A stretch of 64,000 nucleotides of DNA from Antedon mediterranea (lineage: Eukaryota; Animalia; Echinodermata), in contig NC_092671.1 in NCBI RefSeq assembly GCF_964355755.1, positions 33,118,304-33,182,303 on the forward strand. The letters run 5' to 3'. Positions within the stretch are counted from its first letter, which is position 1, and each line of letters begins with the position of its first letter. A model generated the notes under the pieces. The model was not told the origin of the DNA. It saw only the letters and a list, made by a program, of their open reading frames with translations, and searched no databases. Positions 12,801-25,825 of this stretch are shown in pieces. Both the position numbers and the translations under genes were made by a program.

Positions 12801-14231
12801 TTTGCTATCTGTCAAATCTCAAAATGTAGAGAAAGCACAAATTTAAGTTCTGTGCCAAGGTGATTGAGAGTGACATGAGCAGTTTTAACTAGAATGATAT
12901 GATCGAAGAAATGGACCATATTACGTCATGCTAGTTTTAAGCATTGGTCTGTACAACATGACTCGTGTATATCTTTAAATCAGAATACATATAAAAAAGA
13001 ATAAAAGGTTGTCTAGTGTGTTACCTTTGGTGTAAATGTATATTTTAATTTATATCTTTTTTTTTTTTGTCTTATGTAGGATCGACCCACTTTTATTTCT
13101 TCATCAATAAAATGTACGTTTACAATGCATTGCACATGAGTAATGTAATGATACAATACAATATAACTGACATTAAGTAACTTTCAGTACATCTGATATC
13201 TCACTCCTACCATTGCATTTTATATATAATAGTATAAGGAAGACAAACAAATTTCCTCTATGTTATACACTCTTTACACGTTTTTCAATCCTTAACAATG
13301 TACGTATAATTTACCACAGAATTCTTTATTTTATAACTCTTTTCATCTCTTTCAGGCAATCAAAAAAAAAGTTATATTTTACTTTACCTAAATATCAATT
13401 TTATAAACGTTAATTTTATACCTTGCTAAATTGTTACGATCCATATCTGACCACATTTTTTTTGCCTTTTCTTTATTTATTAAAAACTCACAATTTATTA
13501 TACCTTCTAACTCCACAGTGAACATTAACCATGGACATTTTTTAACAAGTCCTTAATTTATATCTTTATTAAAACTAGTACATTTTTTTTACCTGATTTA
13601 TTGATAAGATTTTTAATTCTTTTGTGTTGGTCTTTAATTAGAATGATGTTAATTGTGTAACTATGTTAACTTCATTCGGATCCAGGTCAATTCAATTGGA
13701 AAAGTCTTTATTTGACAATAAATAACAGTTTTCTCATCGCAACTTTTACAAAGTAATTTAAAAACTACAAAATTGTTTTCAATAAACATACACATCATAC
13801 AACGTACATTTCTACCCTAACAAATTTTTCAAAACTTTCTATTATAAAATAGTCAGGTCTCGGGTCCATTCTGTTGTCGCCACAGATTTACTTCTTCATC
13901 AGTACGTCTATGAATGGATGATTGTAGGTGGGAACATGAATGCTAGATAATCATACCCAGTACCGTTTTGATCATGTGATCATTCGGGAAACCACCTCAC
14001 GACATGAACATTAATTTGTATGTTTATAATTTACATAATAGCAAATACTAAATCACCATTTTAGCTCATTTAGGCATGATTAGCATTGTATTAATATTTA
14101 AATGGTTGCCCACACAATTGCTCTTTATCAAAATTAAAGGTTAATTTAACCAATTGTGCATATTAATTTGTTCCCATAATTGTTCGACATTTTCAGTTTA
14201 AATTAATTGAACAGTTTTAAATTGGTTAGAC

Positions 14232-15351
14232 CATGGATTAAAGAATAGAAGGATATGCATCGACGTGAGATCAAGGGTTCCTTGACTCTCGCCAATAGAG
14301 CGCGGACCGCCCACAATGTTACAGTTTAATTAACCGCATGGTCGCGTGCCTAATATATTGTTTACTGCACATGTGCAACGACATTTAACCTTGTTGGCCT
14401 CTGCCTCACGCCACTGCTGAGTATAATGTTTATTGAAAACAGTTATTAAATTACATTGTACGTTATTGTGAAGACCCTAGTGTAGGCTTCACCACTTCAT
14501 CAATATACTGCCTAGGTAGGCCTAGTAGTAGATACAACGTGTAATCATGATCTATATACTCACGATCACCGTTGTCATACTTCTTGTGTGAATAATAATA
14601 AGTACTTTCGTTTGTTCGTGATTAAGTTTGCCATGCGTGTACTTCTCAAAACGACCGCTAGGTAACGTATCGCAACTATACATAGCCAGCCAATCCCGGA
14701 TCAGGGATCGCTGTTTTCATTCAATTAGGCCCGGTGATTGGATGTGATGTGGATGACATAACCACTAGCCAATCACCAGGCACTAAAATTTAAATATAAT
14801 TACATCGATAATTAAGGAGATTTATGAAGAAACCACTGCTTAGCCATATATTAAAAACACGATTGTTCTGTGTGTGGACACCGGACATGCTAACAACATA
14901 CATGGTCAAATGCATAATTTAATATTCTATAGATTAACGCAATTTTTAATGACAGAAGATGGCAGGCAAATAATGATAATTCAAATATAAAAATTGCATA
15001 TTTTATTAATATTACCAACTACTTAAAATTACCAGTCATAAGAAAGTGAACTTTTCGTAGTCCGATTGTTATGAAACTAAAACAGAATTGTTCAGCAATA
15101 CATTTTTGTTATCAATTAATCATCGACGCAGACATGTCAATAGAACATTCAGACTGCGCATACGATTTCTACATGGTTACGTTTTGGTCTAAAAAAATGT
15201 AGCAGTTGATTCGCAGCGTTCTACAGAGGGCCACGGTTAGAGACACGGAGTTCAATGTTTGATTGGCAGCAGTGCTTTAGTATAGGCAAGCGTGTTGTAA
15301 AATCGTTTGATGTCGCCGTCGATGCATATCCTTCTAATTCTTTTATCCCTG
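14232..15351. mobile_element. Non-autonomous DNA transposon, P-superfamily-like (1120 bp)
   Basis: ~40-bp imperfect TIRs catggattaaagaatagaaggatatgcatcgacg / cgtcgatgcatatccttctaattcttttatccctg; 7-bp TSD gttagac at 14225-31 and 15352-58. CA(T/G)GG termini with a 7-8 bp TSD fit P elements. No transposase ORF. Confidence 0.8.
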
Positions 15352-16159
15352 GTTAGACTAATGGTTATTTAATGCAGTCATTTATTTTGTACATCCTTAA
15401 TGTTCATAAACATTTATTTTAAAAAACATTTATTTTTAAAACAGTTGGCAAAACAAGAGCATTTGAAAATAAAGAATAATTGACTAAATTGCCAAAATCA
15501 TTTTATAGACCTAATTTGTAAGGTTTATATGTAGTTTTTATTGTACATAATATTATATTCCTTTCTGCCACTTAGCTGCTAATGGAATTAAGATACTAAA
15601 AGCTCTTTGCATTATATTTCTTTCATATTTTTGTCAGTTTTTCTTTTAATGTAGTGTACTGATTTATGGTTTGTATAAGATTGTGAATGTTACTAAAAAT
15701 ATTAAGTAATTTGTGGTATCACTGTCATACAGAATTATGTATTAGAGAGTGATATGGCCTAATGGTATAGGGAATCATACTAGCATGTGAGAGAGGCATG
15801 GAGTCAAAACTTGTCTTTTCCATATTGCTTGTATCTGTAAGCTTGATTTCCTACTAGGATGTAATGCATCATCTTGCGATTGTGAATTATGTTGTGTATA
15901 CGCATTGCGTCCATGTTTAAACCAAGCTTTAGGCAAGATTCTTCACTCCCTTTGCCTCATCCTTCAGATGAGATGCAATGCCTTTGTTCTCATATGCATA
16001 CAATACACACTATCATCTCCTGGTGTACTGATCATGGTGGCGCTGCACTGTGGCTTCCGTTGGTCCATAGAAGGCCTAATTTTCAACTTTCTTTACGAAT
16101 AATTTTAAATTTACTTATAATTTATAATAACCAATGGTCTTTTTTTGTTTGTGTTGTAG

Positions 16160-16282
16160 GATATTGACCTTGTTCCCCCATTCCCTATAGACGTTTTGAA
16201 AACGAAATTGACAACTAAAGCAGAAATGTATGATGGTCCTGCAAGGAGAACTCGGAGTAAGAAAACAGAGTCGCCCAGTTGA
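16160..16282 (+). CDS. PIGA: Probable terminal PIG-A exon (DIDLVPPFPIDVLKTKLTTKAEMYDGPARRTRSKKTESPS*)
   Basis: Strong T-rich tract plus tgtAG acceptor, phase 0, open to TGA at 16280-82. The N-terminal DID matches the conserved (I)ID after the TM segment. Confidence 0.8.
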   Translation, partial: DIDLVPPFPIDVLKTKLTTKAEMYDGPARRTRSKKTESPS

Positions 16283-16482
16283 CAATAGGTATTCAATTGA
16301 CTACCATTGCACAATAGTTATTGTTTTATAATGCCTGTTTCGTTTTGATGATGTTGCCTGCTACTGAGTATAAGCTTGGTAGATATATGTGAGAGCTAAT
16401 TGGCCAGTAGCATAATTTCTGCGTTTTTTTAATGGTTTTTGCGACAACAATAATTAAAAAATGTAGCAAAAACATTCTGTAT

Positions 16483-17152
16483 TCATACCGTATACAGTAC
16501 AACACATAGTACAATATACATACAATACACAGTACAGTATGCAGTTTACAGTAAATTTACATTCAGTACAGTATACATACAGTATACATTAAAATATACA
16601 TACAGTATATACAGTCCAGTATACATACAATATACAGTACAATATACATGCAGTATATACAGAACAGTATACATGCAGTATACAGAACAGTACTGTACAA
16701 TATACAGTACAGTATATAGTACAGTATATATGCAGTATAAAGTACAGTATACATACAGTATACAGTACAATGTGCATATTATATGCATATTGTACTGTAT
16801 ATATACAGTACAGTATACAGTACAGTATACAGTGCAGTATACAGTACAGTATATAGAACAGTACTGTACAATATACAGTACAGTATATAGTACAGTATAT
16901 ATGCAGTATAAAGTACAGTATACATACAGTATACAGTACAATGTGCATATTATATGCATATTGTACTGTATATATACAGTACAGTATACAGTGCAGTGTA
17001 CAGTACAGTATACAGAACAGTACTGTACAATATACAGTACAGTATATACTGTAGTACAGCATATAGAACAATATACATAAAATATACAGAACAGTATGGA
17101 GTACAGTTTACATATAGTATACAGTACAGTACACTGTACAATATACATACAG
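16483..17152. repeat. Low-complexity TACAG/TATACAG array with an internal ~175-bp duplication
   Basis: Concatenated tacag/tatacag/tacagta units; block gaacagtactgtacaatatacag recurs at about 16685, 16856 and 17015; source of the Y/C/T-rich ORFs. Confidence 0.9.
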
Positions 17153-17659
17153 ATTAATATCTCTTTTGTGTATATTTATATGTAAGAAAATACTTTTCCA
17201 TTGATTCCATTGAATCAGAAGTCAACATCAGTCACAGTTTCGTAAGGTGGATTTTTTGTCATAAATCAGAATGTTAAATCGTTGTGCTTTAAACAGATGC
17301 TTTATTAGCATTAAACTAGACTGATCACCTGCAATGCCAAATGTTAACAATATATGATTTAATCATGTTCATTGTTCTGCCTTTATTGTATGCTATTCTT
17401 CAATAGTTTCCCTATTGTGGACCTAATCCATTAAACCAATTCTATTTTATATGTAGAACTGGAATGAGTCATGTCATATATATAAATAATTGTATTACCA
17501 CTAATATGGAGTAGCTTTGCATTAAAGAGTTTAATATTGGTCAGATGTTTGCCCTACTCCGACGTAAGTTTGTACTTTATATTAAGTACAGTTAAATTTA
17601 ATTATCCTGTTGGTGCAGGACCCACTGCATACTTGAGCTCGAATCTAACCCCTAGTCAT

Positions 17660-17730
17660 CAGCGCAAGCTCAGTGGTCTAGAAGTATAAACGCTAGTGAC
17701 CTGGAAGTCGTGAGTTCGAGTCTCACTACA
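17660..17730 (+). mobile_element. Degenerate tRNA-derived SINE head
   Basis: A-box-like agctcagtggtctaga and B-box gagttcgagtctc at tRNA-like spacing. Confidence 0.5.
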
Positions 17731-17845
17731 AAGTATTCTAAATGTACATAGTATAAAGCAAAAATCATAAACAGCAAACATCTGATAAATAAAAATAATT
17801 AATGTATTAATTGAATGGGGACAAGCTGTTCTATTTAATAAGGCT

Positions 17846-17920
17846 GGTGGAGCTGTAGCTGGGTGGTTAACATGCTTGCCTTCCAATAGCAAGCTCAAGT
17901 GTTCAATCCTGACCTAGTGC
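17846..17920 (+). mobile_element. Degenerate tRNA-derived SINE head
   Basis: ggtggagctgtagctgggtggttaa (A box) ... gtgttcaatcc (B box); similar start to the 60473 element. Confidence 0.45.
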
Positions 17921-17990
17921 CAGATTTGTCAGACTGTTTTTTGGCTGGCTACAGTCTATATGTATTATTTAGAACTGATATTACCATTTT

Positions 17991-18395
17991 TGCAAATTCA
18001 TCACTTCCCACTCCTAAATGCTGTACATTTCTCTCATATTATTTGATTTTTACATTAGAGTGACCAATTAAATGTACTATAAATATATGAAATAATGTAT
18101 ATTGTAATAAAAAAAAAATATTGAAAATCTTCATAAACATCGTAAATTCATTACTTCCCACACCTATATGGTACATTGGCATATTATTTGATTTTTACAT
18201 TAGAGTGACCATTTAAATGTACAGTACTATAAATATATGAAATACTGTATATTGTAATAAAAATATTGAAAATATACATAAGCATTGTAAATTCATCACT
18301 TCCCACTCCGAAATGCTGTACATTTCTTGCATATTATTTGATTTTTACATTCAGTGACCAATTAAATGTACTATAAATATATGAAATACTGTATA
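17991..18395. repeat. ~148-bp tandem repeat, about 3 copies; the tail of copy 3 resumes at ~18585-18620 after an inserted (TAAA)n-tailed fragment
   Basis: aaattcatcacttccca at about 17994, 18144 and 18290; catattatttgatttttacattagagtgacc in each copy. Confidence 0.9.
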
Positions 18396-19094
18396 TATTT
18401 CGTGTTTGAATGTTTTTTGTATCAATTGTTATTACTTAATGTATTGATATTTGTCTATGTTAATGTTTTGATGTTTCTCTGTACTTTTTATACAGTTTTT
18501 ATGTAAATTCAATATTTTCAGCTTCTGTTGCTTTTTTTATATATGTTTTTTTTATACCGAAATAAATAAATAAATATTTTAATTAAAAAAATATTGAAAA
18601 TCTACATAAACATCGTACATTGTCAAGCGTCACTTGCTTATTCTTATTTTTATTCTTTTATTGCCAAAAACAAAACAACAAACAAACAACTACAAAGTAA
18701 GTGGTAGGAAACACAAGAGGGAACTAGAGCCAGTGTTACCCTACGACGAGGTAAGTAGATTTTCCCCAGGTCTGTATTTATTATCTATTTTTTTAAATGT
18801 TAATCCACCAGTCGATGTTTCGATTTTTGTCTGGAACCTGCACTCTCTCGTTAAATCACTGCATCAATCGTGTTGTGATGACATCGTTAATTGTAAAAGC
18901 ACGTTTGTTATCGATTGTTTCTGTGTTCTGTGCATATTGTAGATAATTTTAAAATTAGAAAATACTAATGTGGTAATTTAGCTCATCAAATACCGTTTTG
19001 CTTTTTCCAGCTGTCGCAAATTACTGTAAATAACAATTAGTGTACCGTTAAGAAACTGAAATAGATTTACGATAGATTTGGCATTTTTTAAATA

Positions 19095-19164
19095 CAGTTG
19101 AACCCATATTATAGGTACATCATTGGGACTCAACCAGTGTTTCCTTAAATAAGGGTTGCCACTG
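19095..19164. mobile_element. Tiny Tc1/mariner-type MITE remnant
   Basis: ta|cagttgaaccc...gggttgccactg termini, resembling the 49705 and 61324 elements. Confidence 0.4.
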
Positions 19165-22100
19165 AACATTATAGAGCCAACACCCCCTCGGGAGAATCTT
19201 CCCCCATAATAGTATTTCCTTCCAAAAGAGGTGTTCTAATGTGTTTGAAAATCCGTTGGGAAATTAGCTTTTTGTTGATAGGCCTAAAAGACAGTTGCCT
19301 CATTTATTGTATTTTTATGTGCATTTTTAACTTTGAACAAACATTTTACTGTGTTTCTTTAATAATATCTCAATGGTTTGAATTTAATTGAAATATTTTA
19401 TTTATACTGGGATTTTATTTAGACTGGTCTACCAGAGGGCCCAGTTATGATCAGTGGCTGTGATGTACTAGACACCGGGGTAATCCCTACTCGTCTCGAA
19501 ATGTACTAGGTTCTTTAAATAAAATATAAACTTTATGAAATGGAAGCTGCCATTAGCAATTTTAATATTCAGTAATTGTTATTGGAGACATACATTATAT
19601 TCCATAGAATTTTCTCAATATAGCATTTTATTCAAGAACAGTATATATCTAATGATTTTCTTAATGATGAGGTACCGTAATGTTTATAGGTCATTGTTAA
19701 TAGCCTTTTATTAAATAATAGAAACATATCCAGTTAAAGTTGAAATTGCTTATAATCTTCGAAATTATAGATAACTTAATTTGTACATTTTCTATTTCCG
19801 CCTGAAATTAACGAATTGAAGATATAATTTTTTTTTTTTTATGTTTATGTTTTAGTTATTGTAATTTTAAAACATTACCGTACTATAAATGTAATTATAG
19901 TTTTATATTTAAAATTGGATGAAATTTGATGTATTATACGGGGGTGTCGTAGGCGAAGTTAATTATGATTACGGTCGTCTTCATGTTTGAAGTAGCCTAC
20001 AGTCACAAACTCAAGAGGACTACTGCTGGTCACTGAACTCGCCATGAGTTTCATTGGAGGACAGACGACGTAACATGTTGTTTGTGATTTTTTATCTATT
20101 CAGCCAAAATCCGTATGTTACCGTCCCATTTAGGCCTACAGTACTTTCAAACAGATGGTCATAATTGTTATTTGCATACCGTATTTTAGAAGATACGGTA
20201 CGTTAACGGTTATCGCTGACGTTGTAGGCCTACTTCGTAATCCATACGTTGGGAATAGGCCTACACTTGAACAGTGTACCAAACGTTCCAAGGTCAGATA
20301 AATGTGTCACCTCTGCTCACCTAAGGTGATTTAGATAGATTTATGATATGTTGGACGGCATGCATACGTCTCCAGTGCAACATGTCCACGTACAATTATC
20401 GTAAGGAATCGTGTCGCCATATATCAGACGTTTCTAGGACAGCATCCTTTAAAGATATACGCAGAGCAACACGATACCCCACGGTGCCGAATGCAACACG
20501 ACCTCCGTAATACGGTCTTCACAAAACGTTGAGGATCGTCTCGTAAGGTTTGGAGCGAATTGACGTATCTGTCGCTTGTTATTATAAAGTGAAAATATTT
20601 ATTTGTCTTTGCCGTGGGTTCTAATGAGAACCGCTGAGCCTAATGGTGTACCAAACTTTTATCTCGGCTGCATCTTTTGGTGAAATAAAGGCCTACGTAA
20701 CGTAGAACGGCGGAATAACCGTCATTCACCTCTGCTGCTGGCTTGGTATACAGGGGCCTGTCCTTTATTCCGACCCGACGGGGTCCAACATGGTATATGT
20801 CGTAGGCCTAAAGTAAAACGCTAGGGATCGTCGACCGATTTAAAATTGATCAACTAAAGACTTGATATAAATCTAACGAGGGCCATCAATGGAGAAAGTG
20901 TTTGATTAAAACAATCTTAGCGGGAGATTCGTTATCATATTTACCGTATGTATTCAATAACCTTTCGAATAGAAAAACAACGGTAATTGAACCTTAATAA
21001 CTAATGTAGCATATCTAAAGTCCAATTGACTAGGACCGCTATGATATTAACCGGACCATCAATTCAATAAAACTCAATAACGTTCGTTTTTTCCAGACCC
21101 CATGGAGCCGTTAGACCAAACACATGGAAGAAATATTACGGATAATACGTAAAAAGTACTCGAATTTTTATTTGAAATACTGTAATAGTAATTACAGTAG
21201 TCTCGTCTGTAAAATAACTTTCATTATGATTTTGTCCGAGTGTGGTTATTAACAGTAAGAATAAATTGCATTTCTCTAAAGTTCACGAGTAGAAGATTGA
21301 TTTTTGTAAAAGTTTTAAAGAGTCTACAAACAAGTAAAGTTTGAAAAGACATATACATAAAATAACTGTGAAAATGGCTACAATTTGGCTACCCTAGACA
21401 AATCAGTGCCCTTCCAAAAACGGTGGACGGGCATTCATTTGATGTGCACCAGATTGTAGGTCTGTATCGTATGAAAATGTATCATTAGGCTATTCTTGCC
21501 TGGTATTTACACAGGAATAATTCCAAGATGTGGAAGTCAATGTGACTCACGTGTGACCCTATATCATGGGAGGTATTTGTCATGAGTTTTAAATAGTTAG
21601 GCCTACTGAACTATGATAAAAAAATAATCAGATTTCGACCATTGTGAAGTTTTCTCAAATGTGTGTTCTGTAGTTTAGTGTACTATTGATTTAATTTCTG
21701 CGTATTAGCAGCTATTCATATTCCTATGATACTTCGAAAATAGATAGTATGTGGAGATACAGCACTGGGAATGGGGTGATATTCTGCTCATCAAATTGAC
21801 CTCCCCTCCCGTGCTTCATTGCATATATTATTTTAACCACGTGACTATGTGACGTAGGTTTTTTAAAATATATTTATATATATATATTTTTGTTTTCTTT
21901 GTTCTTGAGTTATGGAGAATTAATTCTTTTTCCGAAATAAAAGGTGAATGAATGAATTATAAGAACCAAAAGGTCATTGTTTGACTACAAAACATTGGCC
22001 TAAGACAACCTAGTAAAGGTTTATTGCAGGCGAGGATTGCACATGCATCGGGTGGGGTATGTTGTTATCGAATACAAGCGTTCTATTATAGGCATTCAGT

Positions 22101-23608
22101 TAAATTGTGGCCTGTTCGCAGCACTCAATTGCACTTTGCAATGTCTAGTACCTACATGTAAAAGTATGTATTTGTTTATTTCTGGGTTTGTTTCAATATC
22201 AACAAAACTGCTCTTCTAAGGATATAAACCGTCGGCGTCAACCCGTGAAAAGTTAAAGAAACACAAACGTGTGACAAATGTGGAGAAATTGAAAATCATT
22301 TATTTTTAGTTGTAGATTCATTCAGAAATTTTGGAGGAAAATGCGTTGGATCATTTTAAGTTATAAACCACAATAATATATCATTTAAGTAATTAATACT
22401 AGGAACGGGAGATAAGCAGTAGATTATATTTACACATTTGCAGCTTTCACTATTTATAGAATAAAAATATTATCAGCATTAAGTAAGCCAGTGAAAAAAT
22501 CTTTATGGAGATCATTTAAAAACAATATGCTATATAACATTGAATGTGAAACATATAACAATAAAGAAACAAGTATAGATAACTTTAAGACATACTATTA
22601 TGCTAATATAATTTAAAATTGTATTTGATTTATCAGAAAAGGAATTACTGTGATACGAGTTACAGGTACTGATCTATTACGATTTTTATTCGTTTTATCT
22701 TGTATATATATAAATACATTGTATAATCCGGGTTCTAAAAATGAAAACAAACAAACAAACCGAGATAGATGATAATGATGATCATTGTCAAGTGTACAAA
22801 AACATATAAGAAAATTAATGAAAAAAAAGAGGTAATACGGAATTTCAAAAAACGTAAAAATGACGATGAATTGTAACAACATTTGTAATTAACAAATGTG
22901 TTATATAATATTATTATATGATTTTATGTAATGACATGAGATAATATGAATGTGAATAATAGTGGTGTTTGCGACACAAAAGAGAGAAAAAAGAACCCGG
23001 TTCTATTTCCCCACTCTGTTACGAAGGCCTACCTTAGTATGCGTAGTTTATGTATTCACGTTAATCCTTTAAATTTAAAAACATTTGCATTAAACTAATG
23101 ATACTTATTGAAACAATTTCCGACAGCAGAAAATTGAATTAATTGGCTTTAATCATATGAGGTATGAATATTGCTTTTACGAGATGCTCTGTTGCAATTG
23201 AATTTGTGACCCTTCCAGAATGCTAAATTCCATAAATTACGCAATAAAAGTAAATCTGTTAATTTATTATTTTAAATGCCTCAAAGAAAATGAAATAAAT
23301 ATTTCTTCAATACTAGACATTTTAAAAGTTGCACGCTAAATATATATATATATATATATATAGAAATAGCTGGCTCGAGTAGCAAGAAAGACTAAGGTTA
23401 ACTTAGGTAATTTGTTTACAGAATTTCTTTTCTTCGGCATGTTTTATTTTTCAAATGTTTCAAATGTAGTTTAGAATCCAGGACCATAGTAATTGTGTAC
23501 AATGTGTGTGATCAATCTCTTATAATTTTGTTGAGAATTAAAATTGAGAAGAATACCGTACGTCATAGCTTCTGTATTTTCCTTTTTGGTATAGTCCAGG
23601 TTTCAAAA

Positions 23609-23767
23609 AGCTCTGTCTAAACTATCAAACTTCATGTGACAAAAAAATGTCATGTGCCCATATATAGACATGATGTGATGTGATATCACTACCATATTTG
23701 GGCATGTCACTACCATATTTGGGCACATACTTTTTTGTGAAACTAGTTTCATAGTGTAGACCGAGCT
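23609..23767. mobile_element. MITE family 1, near-complete copy
   Basis: TIRs agctctgtctaaactatcaaact / agtttcatagtgtagaccgagct, followed by TTA. Confidence 0.8.
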
Positions 23768-23784
23768 TTAGGCCTACTGGATAA

Positions 23785-24173
23785 GCTCAGTTGGATATGT
23801 GAAAGCCGACGCAATCAGTTCCATGTGAGAGAAAACTGCGTTTCAGTTGCTTTCGCGCGTCGTGTCCAGACGAAATGTCAGTTCAAATTGTGGACGAAAA
23901 ATAACGTTTCTGTTCGTGTGATGAACTGTACAAACTGCACGGCGTTTCTGTCCATTAATCCTCTGATGCTGTGGATAGACGACAGTTCAACCAGTGAGAT
24001 GTAAAATAAACATGTCCCTAGTTCAACACTGTTAGTTTAGATAAATGGCATGTAAGCTTGTGTCGGACGCGTACCGTACATCTCTCTGTGTATCTCGTGT
24101 GGACTGATGATGCCTTTTCGGCACATTGCCGACGTGGCAGCAGACTACGTTTCTGATCATTGTCGTCGTAAAG
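23785..24173 (+). promoter_or_regulatory. Candidate promoter and first exon of an unidentified gene (short ORF MMPFRHIADVAADYVSDHCRRK from 24107)
   Basis: CpG-rich unique sequence, several TCAGTT Inr-like words (about 23787, 23815, 23843, 23878) and a consensus donor AAG|GTAAGT at 24173/24174. No homology recognised. Confidence 0.35.
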
Positions 24174-25825
24174 GTAAGTCAACGTACGCGTCAATTGTCG
24201 ACAGACCGCACTTCAGCCACCATGTCGTGTCACTGGCTCTTTTGACTGTTCGACATTATCCGTATAGTCGTATGTTGGCTGGAGAAAAAAAAGAAGCACA
24301 TAACGAGTAAATATACAGTACCTAATTAGCTAATTGTCAAGCTTATCATCGAGAGAATTAAAACGTCATTTGTAGTGATTGCTTTCTGATTATAATGTCA
24401 AGTATCTGTGCTTCTAATCGTGTCGAGTACATTTCGAGTTAATTAAAAATACCTTGATGTTTCTTATTCTGAATTTCTTTGCAGGTTCATTATTAAATTT
24501 CATAATTTAAAAAATAGTAATTTCATAAAAACCGGAATCCTGCTATTTACATAGTGGAATACATACAACAATAAACGACAAAAACAATAAACAAAAAAAT
24601 CTAAACATTACATTTCAAAATTTTAGTTTAAAGGACAAATTGTTAAATAATAAATCATGGTAGGGTCTAAAGCAAAAAAAAGAAATAATTATGAACTCTT
24701 CTTAAAACTACATCATTCTAATTTTATACGGCCGGTGCCGTGTCGTTAATGGAAACTGAATTAAATTGCGCCATTTTCCATTGATCTGAAGTGTGAATGT
24801 GGGTTTAACCAGGCTACAAACAAGTTAAACCTTCTGAATTCCTAAAATAGATTCCCGTTTTGACATCATTTCAGTGCTACGGATAATTATTTTACTCTCA
24901 TGGAAATTGTATTAAAAAAATGCAATTAAATATCCATTATTACAGTGAAGAGAGATATTTTACAACGTGGCTTTATGTCAGATAGGCGATGAAATAATAA
25001 TTGTTGTAATTATCATGTGGGTGTACAGGATGTATTTTTGTTTAATAATACGGTATGAAACATTGGGGTGTTACAGGCCTATATATTATTTAATGCCTCA
25101 AGTATGACGCACGATTATGTTATAATACTCTTAGCTTTATTTGTTATAATTATGAAATTTAACATTATCAAATATAATCAATGAAAATTTAACAGATGTT
25201 TATTATTCGGTAACATTTAATTTAACTTAAATATAATATATGTATACGAAAGTTTAAAATAATAACATGATTGACCCTGCGGGGATCTGCTAAAGTGTGA
25301 ACGATTGGCTAAATAATGGCGTTATGAAGTTTTATAGTTAAATTATTCGTAAAATTAAAGGACGTTTTGAAATTCATAATTTCTATTTCAGGTTTAATAC
25401 CCATCTTGCAAAAAGCTTAACTGTAAATTGAAATAGCGCCATTAGACCGTTTGAGTTACTGGATTGCGTAGGAAATGCCATACTACAGTGTACCTAACAA
25501 GCGTACGGTTCTCGTACACGTTGTAATTTTCAAATCGTGTGATAAATTTAAATGGTAGTTGATGCACGTTTTTTTTAATCTCTCATTTTGTTATAAATCA
25601 AGTCTTTTTATCAAAATTAAACCATGAACAGTTTATTAATCGTAGTATTTCAGAATTGTATTAACATTTAACTTTCATATTTGAGTTTATTATAATTGTT
25701 AAAGTTAAATCTATATAATTTGCCATTCATGTATTTTCCGTGTGCAATGTTGTACAAAGCAACAACTTGCTTTTGGCGACCAGAGCACGGAATCATTACA
25801 AAGCAGTATCAACATGAAAGCTTAA

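Noticed and set aside
13180-13990. Possible decayed LINE 3' region on the minus strand
   Set aside because: Strand-biased composition, but no motif could be read with confidence.
16546-17157. Tyr/Cys-rich ORFs on both strands
   Set aside because: Translation of low-complexity TACAG repeats.
24104-24130. CTGATGA followed by a small stem (hammerhead ribozyme core?)
   Set aside because: No GAAA after stem II and no stems I/III; same result at ~48548 and ~51881.
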